Made by a program: the position numbers and the translations under genes. From the NCBI GenBank assembly GCA_964016885.1, contig OZ024749.1, positions 5,518,001 to 5,582,000 on the forward strand: a stretch of DNA of 64,000 nt. The letters are read 5' to 3'. Below the pieces are notes generated by a model that saw only the letters and a program-made list of their open reading frames with translations, made no database searches and had not been told where the DNA came from. Position 1 is the first letter of the stretch, and each line of letters begins with the position of its first letter. Source of the DNA: Eledone cirrhosa. Taxonomy: Eukaryota. Positions 1 to 13,283 of the stretch are shown here, piece by piece.

Positions 1-244
1 TTTATCCATATCTTTATTTATTTTTCAATTTGTAAAAGTTGCTAGACTTGGAACTACAAGATATAGTTTATAAGAGATATAATTTAAAAACATCTGCTGC
101 TGTTACTTCAGCAGACAACTAAAGCACCAATATAAAGATAACATAACAACAACAACACCAATCTAGAGTAAATATCTAGTCAAGAATGCTATCTAATACC
201 TATGAATTTGTGTAAATGTTTTTATACTTTCAATACACACACAG

Positions 245-591
245 ATATATCTATAACTATTTATCTATCTATCTATTATATATTATATATATATATTATA
301 TTATATATATATATTATATATATATAGTAAATTATATATATATATATATATTATATTATATATATAGTAAATTATATATATATTATATTATATATATATA
401 TATTATATATATATATAGTAAATTATATATATATATCCTAAACCGACGGTAGTCGGTTTAGTAATATTGTTGTCTTAGTGATTTCGTTGGCATATATATA
501 TTATATTATATATATATATAGTAAATTATATATATTATATTATATTTATATATATTATATATATATATATATTATATATATATATATATAT

Positions 592-643
<52 letters not shown>

Positions 644-894
644 ATATTATATATATATATTATATTATATTATATATATATATTATATTATATATATATA
701 TTATATTATATATATTATATTATATATATATATATATATTATATATATATATATTATATTATTTGAAATCCAGCCGAGGTTAACTTTGCCTTTCATCCTT
801 ACGAGGTCGATAAAATAAAGTACCAGTAATGTACTGAGTATTTGCTGGCATTGTGCCAAAAGTAGAAACGATTATATATACATTATATTATGTA

Positions 895-950
<56 letters not shown>

Positions 951-980
951 TATATATTATAAATATAAATATATATAAAT
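245..980. repeat. Degenerate (TA)n/(TATAT)n microsatellite with embedded small hairpin element and SINE fragment
   Basis: Direct reading; the Y/I ORFs here are artefacts. Confidence 0.95.
764..875 (+). mobile_element. 5'-truncated tRNA/Meta-type SINE (family S)
   Basis: gccgaggttaactttgcctttcatccttacgaggtcgataaaataaagtaccagt...gtagaaacgattat, matching full copies elsewhere in the window. Confidence 0.9.
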
Positions 981-1584
981 TAATAAAAACAATGAAATAA
1001 AAACAAAGAACAAGTTCCTTATATTAAAAAATTCATCATTTTACGATCGTTTCTAGGATATATATGTGTGTTGGTATGTATATCATATAGATCTATGTAA
1101 AAATATTACAATCTATCAGGGGAAATATACATACCTTCACATATACAAGCCGTCCTATATATGTATGGGTGTGTTGATGTGTGTACATATATATATAAAA
1201 ATATATGAGTATATTAAATTCAGTGTATATATATATATATATATAGTTGTACATACACGTGTTTGTCTCTCCCTCTCCCCCTCTATTTATTTATATATAT
1301 ATATATATATATAATGTATATAGAGAACAATGAGTAAAAAACATCTTATCTGTCATTTTTCATATATTTTTCTTCGCTAAGCAGAAAAATGATTACTTTT
1401 ACCTTAACTCTCATTCCTTCACACCCTCTCTCTGTCTCTCTCACACTCTCTCTCCGTCTCTATCATCCCCCCCTCTCTATCTCCCCAAACCACTTTCTCT
1501 TCACCACCAGCATCAATACCGCCACCTTCGCAACAAATACCGCCTCTGGCGGTGATGTATATTGTAAGAAATCCACCGCCCAGG

Positions 1585-1964
1585 AAGAGATAAGGAAGAA
1601 AGAAAGAACTGAGAGAAATGTAGAGAAATGGAGAAGAGAAAGACACATAGAAAGAAAGAGAGAGAGAGAGAGTGAGAGAGAGAGATACTGAGAGAGGGGG
1701 GAGGGCAGAAATAGTGTGGAAGTCCGAAGGAAAAGGAAGAAGTACAAGAGAGATATAGAGAAGAGAATGCAGAGATATATGGGGAGACATAGAGAGCAAA
1801 GGAATAGATTGCGCGGCAGAGACAGAGAAGGAAAGGCAGAGATAGAGAGGGAAAGGCAGAGATGGAGAGGGAAAGGAAGAGAGAGAGAGAGGGAAAGGCA
1901 GAGATAGATGGGGTGACAGAATGAGAGAGAGAGAGAGAAAGGCAGAGATAGATGGGGTGACAGA

Positions 1965-2019
<55 letters not shown>

Positions 2020-2125
2020 AGGGAAAGGCAGAGATAGATGGGGTGACAGAGATGGAGAGAAAAAGACCGGTAGAGAGAGAGAGAGAGAGAGAGAGGGGGA
2101 AGGAAGGAGAGAGAGACAAGAGAGA
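1585..2125. repeat. (GA)n-rich low-complexity tract with repeated ggaaaggcagagatagatggggtgacaga units
   Basis: Direct reading. Confidence 0.9.
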
Positions 2126-2287
2126 AGAATGTTTTCTTGGCTAGTCATCAGTAGGAAGACTATTTTTTGTGGGGGACATTTTCTTCCTATGTTTAGGTTT
2201 GGAATGATTAATAAGTTAGTATCTTAGCAGGAAGAAGGACAGACAATATTTCAGATAAGTCCATGAAAAAATTAATAATAAACGATG

Positions 2288-2325
<38 letters not shown>

Positions 2326-2552
2326 TTACATGAAACAAAGTTCTGTTTAAATCATTTATTTGCTTACAATTGTTTCTTCCAAACCGAGGTTTGGGATCTT
2401 CGGAGCAATTATTCAGTGATTTTTAACATTGAGCTATTTATCTTACTGGTAATAAGATAGTAATAAATTACTGTCTTTCACTATTTAGGGTATAATATAT
2501 ATATAACTATAAAAGGTTTTAGTATATACATAACCATAAATAGTATCCTTAA

Positions 2553-2591
<39 letters not shown>

Positions 2592-3064
2592 ATGGTCTAC
2601 ATTGCCTTCGTTATTATTATCATTGTTGTTAAAATAATATCTAATATATATATATATATATTGGTATATAATGGATGATCGCATTTAATGTCCGTTAAAG
2701 GTTCTTGGCACTACCATTGTTACAATCGCTTTCCTCTAACCATGGGGCTTGGAGACATGAACCGAATGCTACCATTCTATTTTATATCAATGTGAACTGC
2801 TATTTCTAATAGCCATCTTTTCACCCCTTGATAATTTGTGTGTGAGACACGTTGGCTGAGCACTTCTGACAGGAACTAATAGATTGATTCTTTTTAGCTT
2901 CCCGTCCCCACGTAAAATTTGTAAATCAGTGGCTAGTTGAGAGATAGAGTCCTATCGGTTGCCAGTTGCTAATCGCTTTACCGTGTCGGTTGTCACAAAC
3001 AGTCATGACCAGTGTTGGCCGGTGTTTGGATTATGTCGATCGATTGATTAATGATTAGGCGATA

Positions 3065-3174
3065 CCCGATGATGAAGCCGCATATGCCGATTGTGCATTG
3101 TTGCATAATATATGCAGACAGATGGTGCAGTGCACCTTACTGCTGCATTAGTGCGGCAGAAACTCTAGTCCGGG
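3065..3174 (+). ncRNA. Type I hammerhead ribozyme-like motif (C3 mutated) in a Penelope-like terminal repeat ending in (TA)n at ~3322
   Basis: Stem I cccg/cggg; core aTGATGA 3069-3075; long stem II gccgca...tgcggc; GAAA 3159-3162; stem III ACT-ct-AGT; GTC site at 3170. Confidence 0.6.
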
Positions 3175-3319
3175 AACCTTATAGGCACCCGTTTTACGTG
3201 TGTTGTGTTGAGGCAAAAAACTATGTGTATACTCGGGTAATGTATCTTACATTGCCAATTGAGTGCGCTGAGATACAACCGGTACTGGCATTGATAAATA
3301 TGCTGGGTCCGTCAACCCT

Positions 3320-4051
<732 letters not shown>

Positions 4052-4054
<3 letters not shown>

Positions 4055-4256
4055 ACAAAGGAAATGTGGTAAGGAACCAAATGGACCATAACGCACCAGA
4101 GTACTCAATACTTAGGGTAGTAGAGTGGGAAATAGGAAAAAGTATGACCCCGCCGGCAGAGCTCAAGCCGTTTCGACGGCTATTTCTGGACTATATTTCG
4201 AGTCCAGAAATAGCCGTCGAAACGGCTTGAGCTCTGCCGTCGGGGTCATACTTTTT

Positions 4257-4260
<4 letters not shown>
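4052..4260 (-). mobile_element. Family A hairpin-plus-tail element with HHR 3' half
   Basis: Same tail and arms; contains gtcGAAAcggc-ttgagctct-gccGTC-ggggt. Confidence 0.85.
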
Positions 4261-4298
<38 letters not shown>

Positions 4299-4491
4299 CA
4301 TACATACACATATATACATACAAGCAAACATAAACGCACACACAATTATACGCTTATGGGACAAAACATGTGGTTTTCATCTCTTATTCTCTCCCCTCTC
4401 TCTATGTACACGTACACATAAAGGTTGATTTTGGGTATAAACAGAAACTCAAAAATATGTATATTACAATATATATATATTTACATATATA

Positions 4492-4537
<46 letters not shown>

Positions 4538-4540
<3 letters not shown>

Positions 4541-5533
4541 ACTATATAAATTGGAAGTGGTCGGACGTTGTATATTTAAGTGTATATTTAAGTAAGTCAG
4601 TCTGATAAACGCCGAAACGGCTTGGTGGAATGCAGCGAAAATTTACACAGTTATGCAGAATGACCCGTGGAGGCGTTGGGTCGACGTTTAGGACACAAGC
4701 TTCCATGGTTACGGAGAAAATCGATGAAACAGGAATTTCCCATTTAAATTGAACTGAGAGTAATCTGTGAACGCAGAAGTAAATATTTCGAGAAACGTTC
4801 CAACCGAACGAAAACAGGAAGACCATATTTTGGTTCGTGAAGACGTTCCCTGGCAATGAACGAAACAAAAAAGCGAGGATAATATGTCGTTATGTGGAGC
4901 GTGAAGAACAATTTCATGCAAAGACAAGACCAAGTTTATGGTATAAATGGAGTCGTTAGACTAATATTCTATTTAACATAACAGAATGATTTCCAGCCCC
5001 GGAGTTTAAGAATGATGTAAATAAAATTGAAAACGAAAATGACAGAGGTTATTAAAATAGTAAAAGTAAATAGTGAAGATTTAGGCCAGTACATACGTAT
5101 GCTCCGACGGACATACACATACATACGCACACACAAATACATACCCCCCGCCCCCACACACACACTTATGTAGTCCGGATGATTATGAGCACTTTCATTT
5201 TTCCAGATATTGATTATAGGGCCTCCCGGCAGATAACCCCCTTTAACTACTTCCTGAAGAACTGCAGTGCAATGCAACAAAACGTCATAACTTCTGGAGT
5301 TCGCAACCGATTTTCACAAAACTTGACACATGGGCTACGTTTGTCGTACAGATGAATGTGAACTCTCAGAATTGGCACATATTGGGTAGGGGACCCCTGG
5401 GGGGAGGAACCCTCTTTTGGAAAAAGCCCATGATTTAGTAAAAGTATAGTTTTCGAAGTAGCACTGAAGTATTGACATAAATGGTATACACAACTGCTAT
5501 TTAATACTGGAGCAACGCCGGATACCTCTGCTA

Positions 5534-5534
<1 letters not shown>
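4538..5534 (+). mobile_element. Non-autonomous Helitron
   Basis: 5' TCTACTATATAAA at 4538; 3' imperfect GC hairpin (ctggagcaacgccgg) then CTAG at 5531-5534; inserted between A and T with no TSD. Confidence 0.8.
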
Positions 5535-5596
<62 letters not shown>

Positions 5597-5600
<4 letters not shown>

Positions 5601-6270
5601 CTGGTCCCGTCCGGCTGGCGACGAGCTAGGTATGCCGGCATTTTATCTTTTCAGGATTCCCCCTCCACTCCAGTGCAAAGATACGGCACGCCCTCTCAAG
5701 TCAGCGAGGGTGGGGGTGGGGTTAACGTTGTCTGATGTTGGGTTTGAATAGTTTTTAGGATTCTTCAGTTCAGCAGCCAGTACGTTAAAGAAAATTGATA
5801 GTTACAACAATAAAGGCTGAACAGAGAACACATTTATTTTACAAACTTTACAATATTTTGTACAACCATAATGCAAATTCCAAGTAACAGAAAATACATA
5901 AATTACATTGTTAGAGCCTCAGAGTATACAATATTTTTTGTTCGGCCCTCGGAGCAAAGATGAAGAGATTGTTTGGCGAGCTCACCCTAGAGCATCCTAC
6001 ATACAATTGACCATGGGAGAAGCATGGTTTTCCCAGATCAAGACAAGCCACTTTTAGTGTTTGAGCCTCAGCTTTGTTGATGGAAATCGCGAAGCTTAGT
6101 CTCTCTGTTGTTCTAGTAACATTTTTTTTCTGGAAAATCTGATCTTGCAGCCAGGCTGGGACTTTTTGGGTGGCACATCGGCAGTAACAATGACGATAAG
6201 CCGTCTGAGCTTTCGTGAAATAAATACGTTTGTTTATATTTTGTTTTTGTGTATGCAAAAATATCTGTAC
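5597..6270 (-). mobile_element. Helitron 3' end with decayed Pif1-like helicase C-terminus
   Basis: Minus-strand translation RLSFAISINKAEAQTLKVACLDLGKPCFSHGQLYVGCSRV matches the RepHel motifs FAMTINKSQGQTL...FSHGQLYVACSRV; terminal hairpin plus CTAA near 5597. Confidence 0.85.
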
Positions 6271-6272
6271 AC

Positions 6273-6331
<59 letters not shown>

Positions 6332-6339
<8 letters not shown>

Positions 6340-6580
6340 TAACAGATTAAAGCTTAAGCAAAGAATCGCTGTTTTCACCCTTCACGGGATCTTCTGAAAG
6401 TAAAAAAATCAATCTGAGAACGCAGATGTAAATATTTCGATAAACGCTGCAACCGAAGGAAAACAGGAAGACGATACTTTGGCAATGAACGAAACAAAGC
6501 GAAGATATATTTTATATATATTTATCCTCATCGAGCCCTCTTTGGATTTTAGTCTTCACATTTATTATTATTACTAATTA
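6332..6580 (+). mobile_element. Family C element (inverted stub plus tail) carrying a captured Helitron segment
   Basis: Stub and tail match 14585-14730 and 38935-39137; 6411-6510 resembles 4762-4885. Confidence 0.7.
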
Positions 6581-6824
6581 TATATTATTACTAATTATAT
6601 ACTTCCAGCAACAGTGGTTCTGTGGAATTATTTATATACCATGTCATGTTAGTTTCCTCTCTTCTAATGTTGCGTCTCACCCCCCTAGTCCCCTCTTCTA
6701 ATGCTGTCTTCTCACTCCGCCAGTCCTCTCTTCTAATGCTGCTTCTCACCCCGCCATTCCTCTCTTCTACTGCTGTCTTCTCACCACATCAGGCCTCTTC
6801 CTCCTCTTTTTCTTGGTATATATA

Positions 6825-7010
6825 ATCTGTCTGCACATGTATTTCACGATAAATCTTTCTTTCATTTCCTCCCGTAATATCTTATCAACTTCCATTATCC
6901 CAAATTACTTATAACGTTCCTCCTTCTATTTGCTTTATAATCTTCCCTGATGGCAGCCTTAAATCTCCAATGGTTTTAAATTTGCCTCTATTCAAGATTA
7001 ACGCTGCACA
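6825..7010 (-). mobile_element. R4/Dong-clade non-LTR retrotransposon RT fragment (frameshifted)
   Basis: Minus translation CAALILNRGKFKTIGDLRLPSGKIIKQIEGG / GIMEVDKILREEMKERF, resembling the R4 signature KCAVLxLKRGK...LPDG..IK..YKYLGI.E.D.I...EMK. Confidence 0.7.
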
Positions 7011-7300
7011 CTTCTTCCTCTCCTTTTTTCTTTTTCTTTTCCGTTCTTTTTCTTTTCTTCTTTTTCTTCTTTTTCTTCTTTTTCTTTTCTTTTTCTTCTT
7101 TTTCTTTTTTTCTTTTCTTCTGTTCTTCTTTTCTTCTTTTTCTTGTTTTCTTCTTTTTCTTTTTTGTTTTCTTTTTCATTTTCTTCTTTTTCTCTTCTTC
7201 TCTTCTTCTTTTCTTCTTTTTCTTCCTTTTTTTATTTTTTTTTATTTTCTTCTTTTTTCCCTTTTTTTCTTTTTCTTTCTATATTTATTTCATTTCTTTT
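7010..7300. repeat. Pyrimidine-rich (CTTTTT)n-like tract
   Basis: Direct reading. Confidence 0.9.
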
Positions 7301-7533
7301 CTACTGAAGGAGGATTTCCTTAAGAATCTATTCTTATCTTAATTAACTTTCGTTCATTAGCTCGCTAGTTTTAGTTGTGTTTTTAATCTAAGTCAGGAGC
7401 CTCAATGGTGTGTTCTCTGTAAACAAGGTAATAAGATTCCACGTGTAATCAAATTTAGAAGGGTAACAGAGAAACAGAGAAATGGCAACTGGCAGATAAA
7501 AGATAATATCAGATATTTCTAGTAAAAAACAAT

Positions 7534-7570
<37 letters not shown>

Positions 7571-7829
7571 TAAATAAAAACAAAACATTTGTTAAAATAT
7601 AAACAAACAAAATAAAATAATATAATATAATATATTATTTTGTTTATATATTTATATGTATGAAGAAAAATGTTTTTGTAATGAGAGTTTGAGATTAATT
7701 AGAGCACTAGGGAGAGCAAATCATGTGTGAGTATATATGTGTGTGTGTGTATATATGTATGCATGTGTGTAGTTATGTGTATATGTATGTATGTGTATAT
7801 ATATATATGTGTATGTATGTAAAAGGTAA

Positions 7830-8470
7830 ACAGAAATAACAACACAATCGGTACAGTATATGGAAGGGATATATTAGGTTAACGCTTGATATAGCAGGAA
7901 GAGGGTCTTAACGTTTCGGACGCTAGTCCTTCATCAGAAGAAAGAATGAGTAATAAGAAAGATTGAAGGGACGGGCGGGTTGGAATTGGAAAAAATGTCT
8001 TTAGATAAAAATAACAGGTCCATTGATGTTGACATCTCTTGCAAAAGTGTTGATCCTTGCGTTTTGTGTACGATTTATGTATTTATATATGTAGGTATGT
8101 AGGTATGTATGTATATATATATGTGTATGTGTCAAAAGAAAATGTGTTTGCGCTCTAACCTAGCGGATACGTAAATGCATTTCTATGATCTTCGATTTAA
8201 TGAGAAAATCCATGCTGCTGTTTCTGAGGTTCCAAACGTGGCTTGTTAGTTTAGTGGTGAATCTTTAATTAGGATATCTCGTGATTTAGGAAGTTGTTTT
8301 TAAATCGGACTTCCGACATACCCACCTCTATTCTAACATCCTGCTGTTGGTTTCATTAGATCGAGGTGATTTACTCTCGTATATCACAGATACCGTATTA
8401 CATGCTCGGTCTAGCGGATAGGTCTCTATTGGTTTGCATGAAAAGAATGGTGTGTAGAAAGTCATGGGTT
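7830..8470 (-). mobile_element. Decayed Penelope-like element 3' end: GIY-YIG endonuclease remnant plus HHR-bearing terminal repeat
   Basis: Minus translation SCKPIETYPLDRACNTVSVIYE...VGMSEVRFKNNFLNHEIS*...TTKLTSHVWNLRNSSMDFLIKSKII fits the PLE GIY-YIG pattern (CPLxGxC..SVIY..YxGxTE..FKxRxxNH..TxLSxHVWxL). Confidence 0.75.
7907..7940 (-). ncRNA. Minimal type I hammerhead ribozyme motif of the Penelope type
   Basis: Reverse complement: tctt CTGATGA a ggac-tagc-gtcc GAAA cg TT aaga. Confidence 0.75.
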
Positions 8471-8559
8471 TGATGGTGATGTACGATATAAGGTCTTTTG
8501 TAGAAGAATAATAGATTACAACAGTATGTTTGCCAAGGGTCGATAATATAGACAACAAT

Positions 8560-8692
8560 GCTTATTTTATTGACATCGAAAGGATGAAAAGCAAAATTGA
8601 TCTTGGTGAGATTTGATCTCATAGCATAGACTGTCGTATCTCAATACAACAAACTATTTGTCCGACAATTTACTGATGCGGCCAATTCACCG
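8560..8692 (-). mobile_element. Old diverged family S SINE
   Basis: Degenerate reverse copy (aaggatgaaaagcaaaattgatcttggtgagatttgatctca). Confidence 0.65.
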
Positions 8693-8719
8693 CATTTTTG
8701 TGCTATATTCTATATTTAA

Positions 8720-8910
8720 GGGCGGTGGATTGGCAGTATCGGTAGAGGGTTGGACGCCATGCTTTCTAGCATAGTTACGTCCCTTTACGATCTGAGTTCA
8801 TATCCCGCTGATGTTAACTTTGCCTTTCATCCTTACGGGGTGGATAAAATAAAGTACCATAAATGCACTGGGGAAATTGCTGGCCTTGTGCCAAAAGTAG
8901 AAACAATCAT
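8720..8910 (+). mobile_element. Full-length family S SINE
   Basis: gggcggtgg head, A-box-like tggcagtatcggtag, B-box-like gagttcatatccc, Meta-like core gcctttcatccttacgggg. Confidence 0.92.
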
Positions 8911-9230
8911 TCTATATTTACTATTGCATTTCCATGGTAAACAATTTATTTCGCATAATTATCACACATAATATCAAGCTATGAGAATTTGTTTATTTTT
9001 AGAACAATACCTCAACATAAGTATAAGAGGCCAATGACGGCTGGTTCGAACGGAAAGGGATGAGAGAATTGTGGTCGGATATGGCTAGTTTAAATGCTAA
9101 AGTGCCCAACCGGAAGTGTTGACATTTCAGAAATTTTAAAGAAGTGAATCTTTAAATAAACAAAAATATATTTAATCAACAGACACGAAGTAGATAAATT
9201 ATGTGATATTCCTTCATTATTTATTCAAAG

Positions 9231-9404
9231 GGCGGTGAATTGGCTGTATCGGTAGAGGGTTGGCATAGTTACGTCCCTTTACAGTCTGAGTTCAAATCCC
9301 GCCGAGGTTAACTTTGCCTTTCATCCTTACGGGGTCGATAAAATAAAGTACCAGTAATGCACTGGGTAATTTGCTGGCCTTGTGCCAAATGTAGAAACAA
9401 TTAT
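9231..9404 (+). mobile_element. Family S SINE with 15-bp TSD attatttattcaaag
   Basis: TSD at 9216-9230 and 9400-9414; empty-site paralog at ~63660-63868 (-). Confidence 0.93.
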
Positions 9405-9694
9405 TTATTCAAAGTAATCCAACTTATTTTACTAATGGGATAAAAAATTATAAACCGTACGCAGTCCCGCGCTCTTTACTTTATTATAGTTTAGTTTCCA
9501 TAGATGCTCAGCACCATTGTATCATATCTTAAACACGTTCCTTAATCCAGCTTTCCCACAATTGAATAACGAGGGAACAAATCTCTCATTATTCAAGTTT
9601 CCTAACTGCAGTCGTTAATTTTATATACACTTGACAGCTTTACATATTTGTACATCTGTTTCCGTATGATTACGAAATGCGCATTCGGAGGTTG

Positions 9695-9746
<52 letters not shown>

Positions 9747-9938
9747 TTGTGTGTGTGTGTATTTGTGTGTGCGTAGTGGGTGTATGTTATATATATTTCA
9801 GTATTTTTCATATATAATATTTATACAGGCATATATAAGATTTATATAGATATACATTTGTATGTGCATATATATATATATATATGTGTATGTATATGTG
9901 AATATGTATGTATACGTGTATATATATATATGTGTGTG

Positions 9939-9979
<41 letters not shown>

Positions 9980-10454
9980 ACACATATATAGATATATGTA
10001 TTATATGATTATATATATCTCTCTCTCTATATATATATATATATACATGTATACATATATATATATATAGATATATGTATTATATGATTATATATATATC
10101 TCTCTCTCTATATATATATATACATGTATACATATATATAGATATATGTATTATATGATTATATATATCTCTCTCTATATATATATGTATATACATATAT
10201 ATTTCTGTAAATATATATATACACACACACACAATCACATGTATACACACCAAAACGCAGGGTATATGCATCTATCTGTTTACACAACCCCACAACCCCC
10301 CCATAAATTAAAGCTCCATAAATTCAAATGAAGACAAATGAACAATTAATTTCATGTCACATTAAAAGTCATTAAGTTAGTCATCACGTGCTTAGGCCGC
10401 ATGTTGCGCTAATCTTAGATATTTCTCATAACACTCTTGGACTGTTATCGTTAC

Positions 10455-13142
10455 TGTTGTTGTTGTTGGTGGTGGTGGTGTGGGGGTTGTGGTTGTGGTG
10501 GTGTGTTGGTTGTGGTTGTAGTGGTTGTGGTGGTGTGTTGGTGGTTGTAGTGGTTGTTGTGGTGGTGGTGGGGGTTGTGGTGGTGTGTTGGTGGTTGTAG
10601 TGGTTGTTGTCGTGGTGGTGTGTTGGTGGTGGTGATAGGGGTTGTGGTGGTGTGTTGGTGGTTGTAGTGGTTGTTGTGGTGGTGGTGGGGGCTGTGTTGG
10701 TAGTGGTGGTGGGGGTTGTGGTGGTGTGTTGGTGGTTGTAGTGGTTGTTGTGGTTGTTGTGGGGGTTGTGGTGGTGTGTTGGTGGTTGTAGTGGTTGTTG
10801 TGGTGGTGTATTGTTGGTGGTTGTAGTGGTGGTTGTGGTGGTGTGTTGGTGATTGTAGTGGTTGTTGTGGTGGTGGAGGTTGTGGTGGTGTATTGGTGGT
10901 GGAGGTGGTTGTAGTGGTTGTTGTGGTGGTGGTGGTGGTTGTTGTGGTGGTGTGTTAGTGGTTGTAGTGGTGGTTGTGGTGGTGTATTGGTGGTGTTGGT
11001 GGTTGTAGTGGTGGTTGTGGTGGTGTGTTGGTGTTTGTAGTGGTTGTTGTGGTGGTGGAGGTTGTGGTGGTGTTGGTGGTTGTAGTGGTTGTTGTTGTGG
11101 TGGTGGAGGTTGTGGTGGTGTATTGGTGGTGTTGGTGGTTGTAGTGGTTTTTGTTGTTGTGGTGGTGTATTGGTGGTGTCGGTGGTTGTAGTGGTTGTGG
11201 TGGTGGGGGTTGTGGTGGTGTGTTGGTGGTTGTAGTGGTTGTTGTGGTGGTGGTGGGGGTTGTGGTGGTGTATTGGTGGTGGTAATGGTGATTGTGGTGG
11301 TGTGTTGGTGTTTGTAGTGGTTGTTGTGGTGGTGGAGGTTGTGGTGGTGTTGGTGGTTGTAGTGGTTGTTGTTGTGGTGGTGGAGGTTGTGGTGGTGTAT
11401 TGGTGGTGTCGGTGGTTGTAGTAGTTGTTGTGGTGGTGTGTTGGTGGTTGTAGTGGTTGTTGTGGTGGTGGTGGAGGTTGTAGTGGTGGCTGTGGTGGTG
11501 TGTTGGTGTTTGTAGTGGTTGTTGTGGTGGTGGAGGTTGTGGTGGTGTTGGTGGTTGTAGTGGTTGTTGTTGTGGTGGTGGAGGTTGTGGTGGTGTATTG
11601 GTGGTGTTGGTGGTTGTAGTGGTTGTTGTTGTGGTGGTGGATGTTGTGGTGGTGTATTGGTGGTGTATTGGTGGTGTCGGTGGTTGTAGTGGTTGTTGTT
11701 GTGGTGGTGGTGGTGGGGGTTGTGGTGGTGTGTTGGTGGTTGTAGTGGTTGTTGTGGTGGTGGAGGTTTTGGTGGTTGTAGTGGTTGTTGTGGTGGTGCT
11801 GGGGCTTGTGGTGGTGTGTTGGTGGTTGTAGTGGTTGTTGTGGTGGTGGGGGTTGTGGTGGTGTGTTGGTGGTTGTAGTGGCTGTTGTTGTGGTGGTGTA
11901 TTGGTGGTGTCGGTGGTTGTAGTGGTTGTTGTGGTGGTGGGGCCTGTGGTGATGTATTGGTGGTGTTGGTGGTTGTAGTGGTTGTTGTGGTGGTGGTGGG
12001 TGTTGTGGTGGTGTGTTGGTGGTTGTAGTGGTTGTTGTGGTGGTGGTGGGGGTGGTGGTGGTGTATTGGTGGGGGTGGTGGTTCAAGTGGTTGTTGTGGT
12101 GGTGGAGTTGTGGTGGTGTATTGGTGGTGTTGGTGGTTGTAGTGGTTGTTGTGGTGGTGTATTGGTGGTGCTTGTGGTTGTGGTGTTGGTTGTTGTAGTG
12201 GTCGTTGTGGTGGTGTATTGATGGTGTCGGTGGTTGTAGTGGTTGTTGTTGTGGTGGTGGTGTATTGGTGGTGGTTGTGGTGTTGGTTGTTGTAGTGGTC
12301 GTTGTGGTGGTGTATTGGTTGTGCTGGTGGTTGTAGTGGTTGTTGTGGTGGTTGTGTATTGGTGGTGCTGGTGGTTGTGGTGTTGGTTGTTGTAGTGGTT
12401 GTTGTGGTGCTGGTCGTCGTTGTGGTGGTAGAGGTTGTGGTGTTGGTTGTGGTGGTGGTGGGGGTTGTGTTGGTGTTGGTTGTTGTAGTGGTTTTTGTGG
12501 TGTTAGTCGTCGTTGTGGTGGTGGAGGTTGTGGTGTTGGTTGTTGTGGGGGTTGTGGTGGTGTTGGCTGTTGTAGTGGTTGTTGTGGTGTTGGTCATCGT
12601 TGTAGTGGTGGAGGTTGTTGTGTTGGTGGTGGGGGTTGTGGGGGTGTTGGCTGTTGTAGTGGTTGTTGTGGTGTTGGTCGTCGTTGTAGTGGTGGAGGTT
12701 GTGGTGTTGGTTGTTGTGGTGGTGGTTGTGTTGGTGGTAGTTGTGGTGGAGGTTGTGGTGGTTGTTGTTGTGGTGGTTGTTGGAGTGGTGATGGTGGTTG
12801 TCCTGGTGTATTGGTGGTGCTGGTGGTTGTTGTGGTGGTGGTGGGTGTTGTTGTGGGGGTTGTTGTGGTTGTGGAGGTTATGGTGGTGTATTGGTTGTTG
12901 TGGTGGTGGTGTTGGGGGTTGTGGTTGTTGTGGTGGTGGTTGTTGTGGTGGTGGTTGTTGTTAAGTTGGTGTATTGGTTGTTGTTGTGGTGGTGGAAGTT
13001 GTGGTGGTGTATTGTGGTGCTGGTTGTTGTAGTGGTGTATTGTGGTGCTGGTTGTTGTAGTGTATTGGTGGTGGTGGGGGTTGTTGTGGTGTATTGTTGG
13101 TGCTCGTGGTTGTGGTGTTTGTGCTGGTTGTTGTGGTGTATT
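10455..13142. repeat. 2.7-kb (GGT/TGT)n-derived low-complexity tandem array
   Basis: Recurrent ggtggtgtgttggtggttgtagtggttgttgt; the T/P/H/V ORFs are artefacts. Confidence 0.95.
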
Positions 13143-13242
13143 GAATTTGAAAAAATCCAATAATTTCCCCGAAAAAGATTACCTTTTTATGATACAGAGT
13201 CTGGCCGAACGATAGGTGGGTGTTGTCTTTTCGACGGCCGGC

Positions 13243-13279
<37 letters not shown>

Positions 13280-13283
<4 letters not shown>

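Noticed and set aside
8720-8810. tRNA gene
   Set aside because: The A/B boxes belong to the SINE head; no cloverleaf, and it continues into the SINE body in all full-length copies
10392-13160. Long T/P/H/Q- and V/G/C-rich ORFs (mucin- or extensin-like)
   Set aside because: Open in several frames on both strands because the (GGT/TGT)n repeat lacks stops; no signal peptide or splice context
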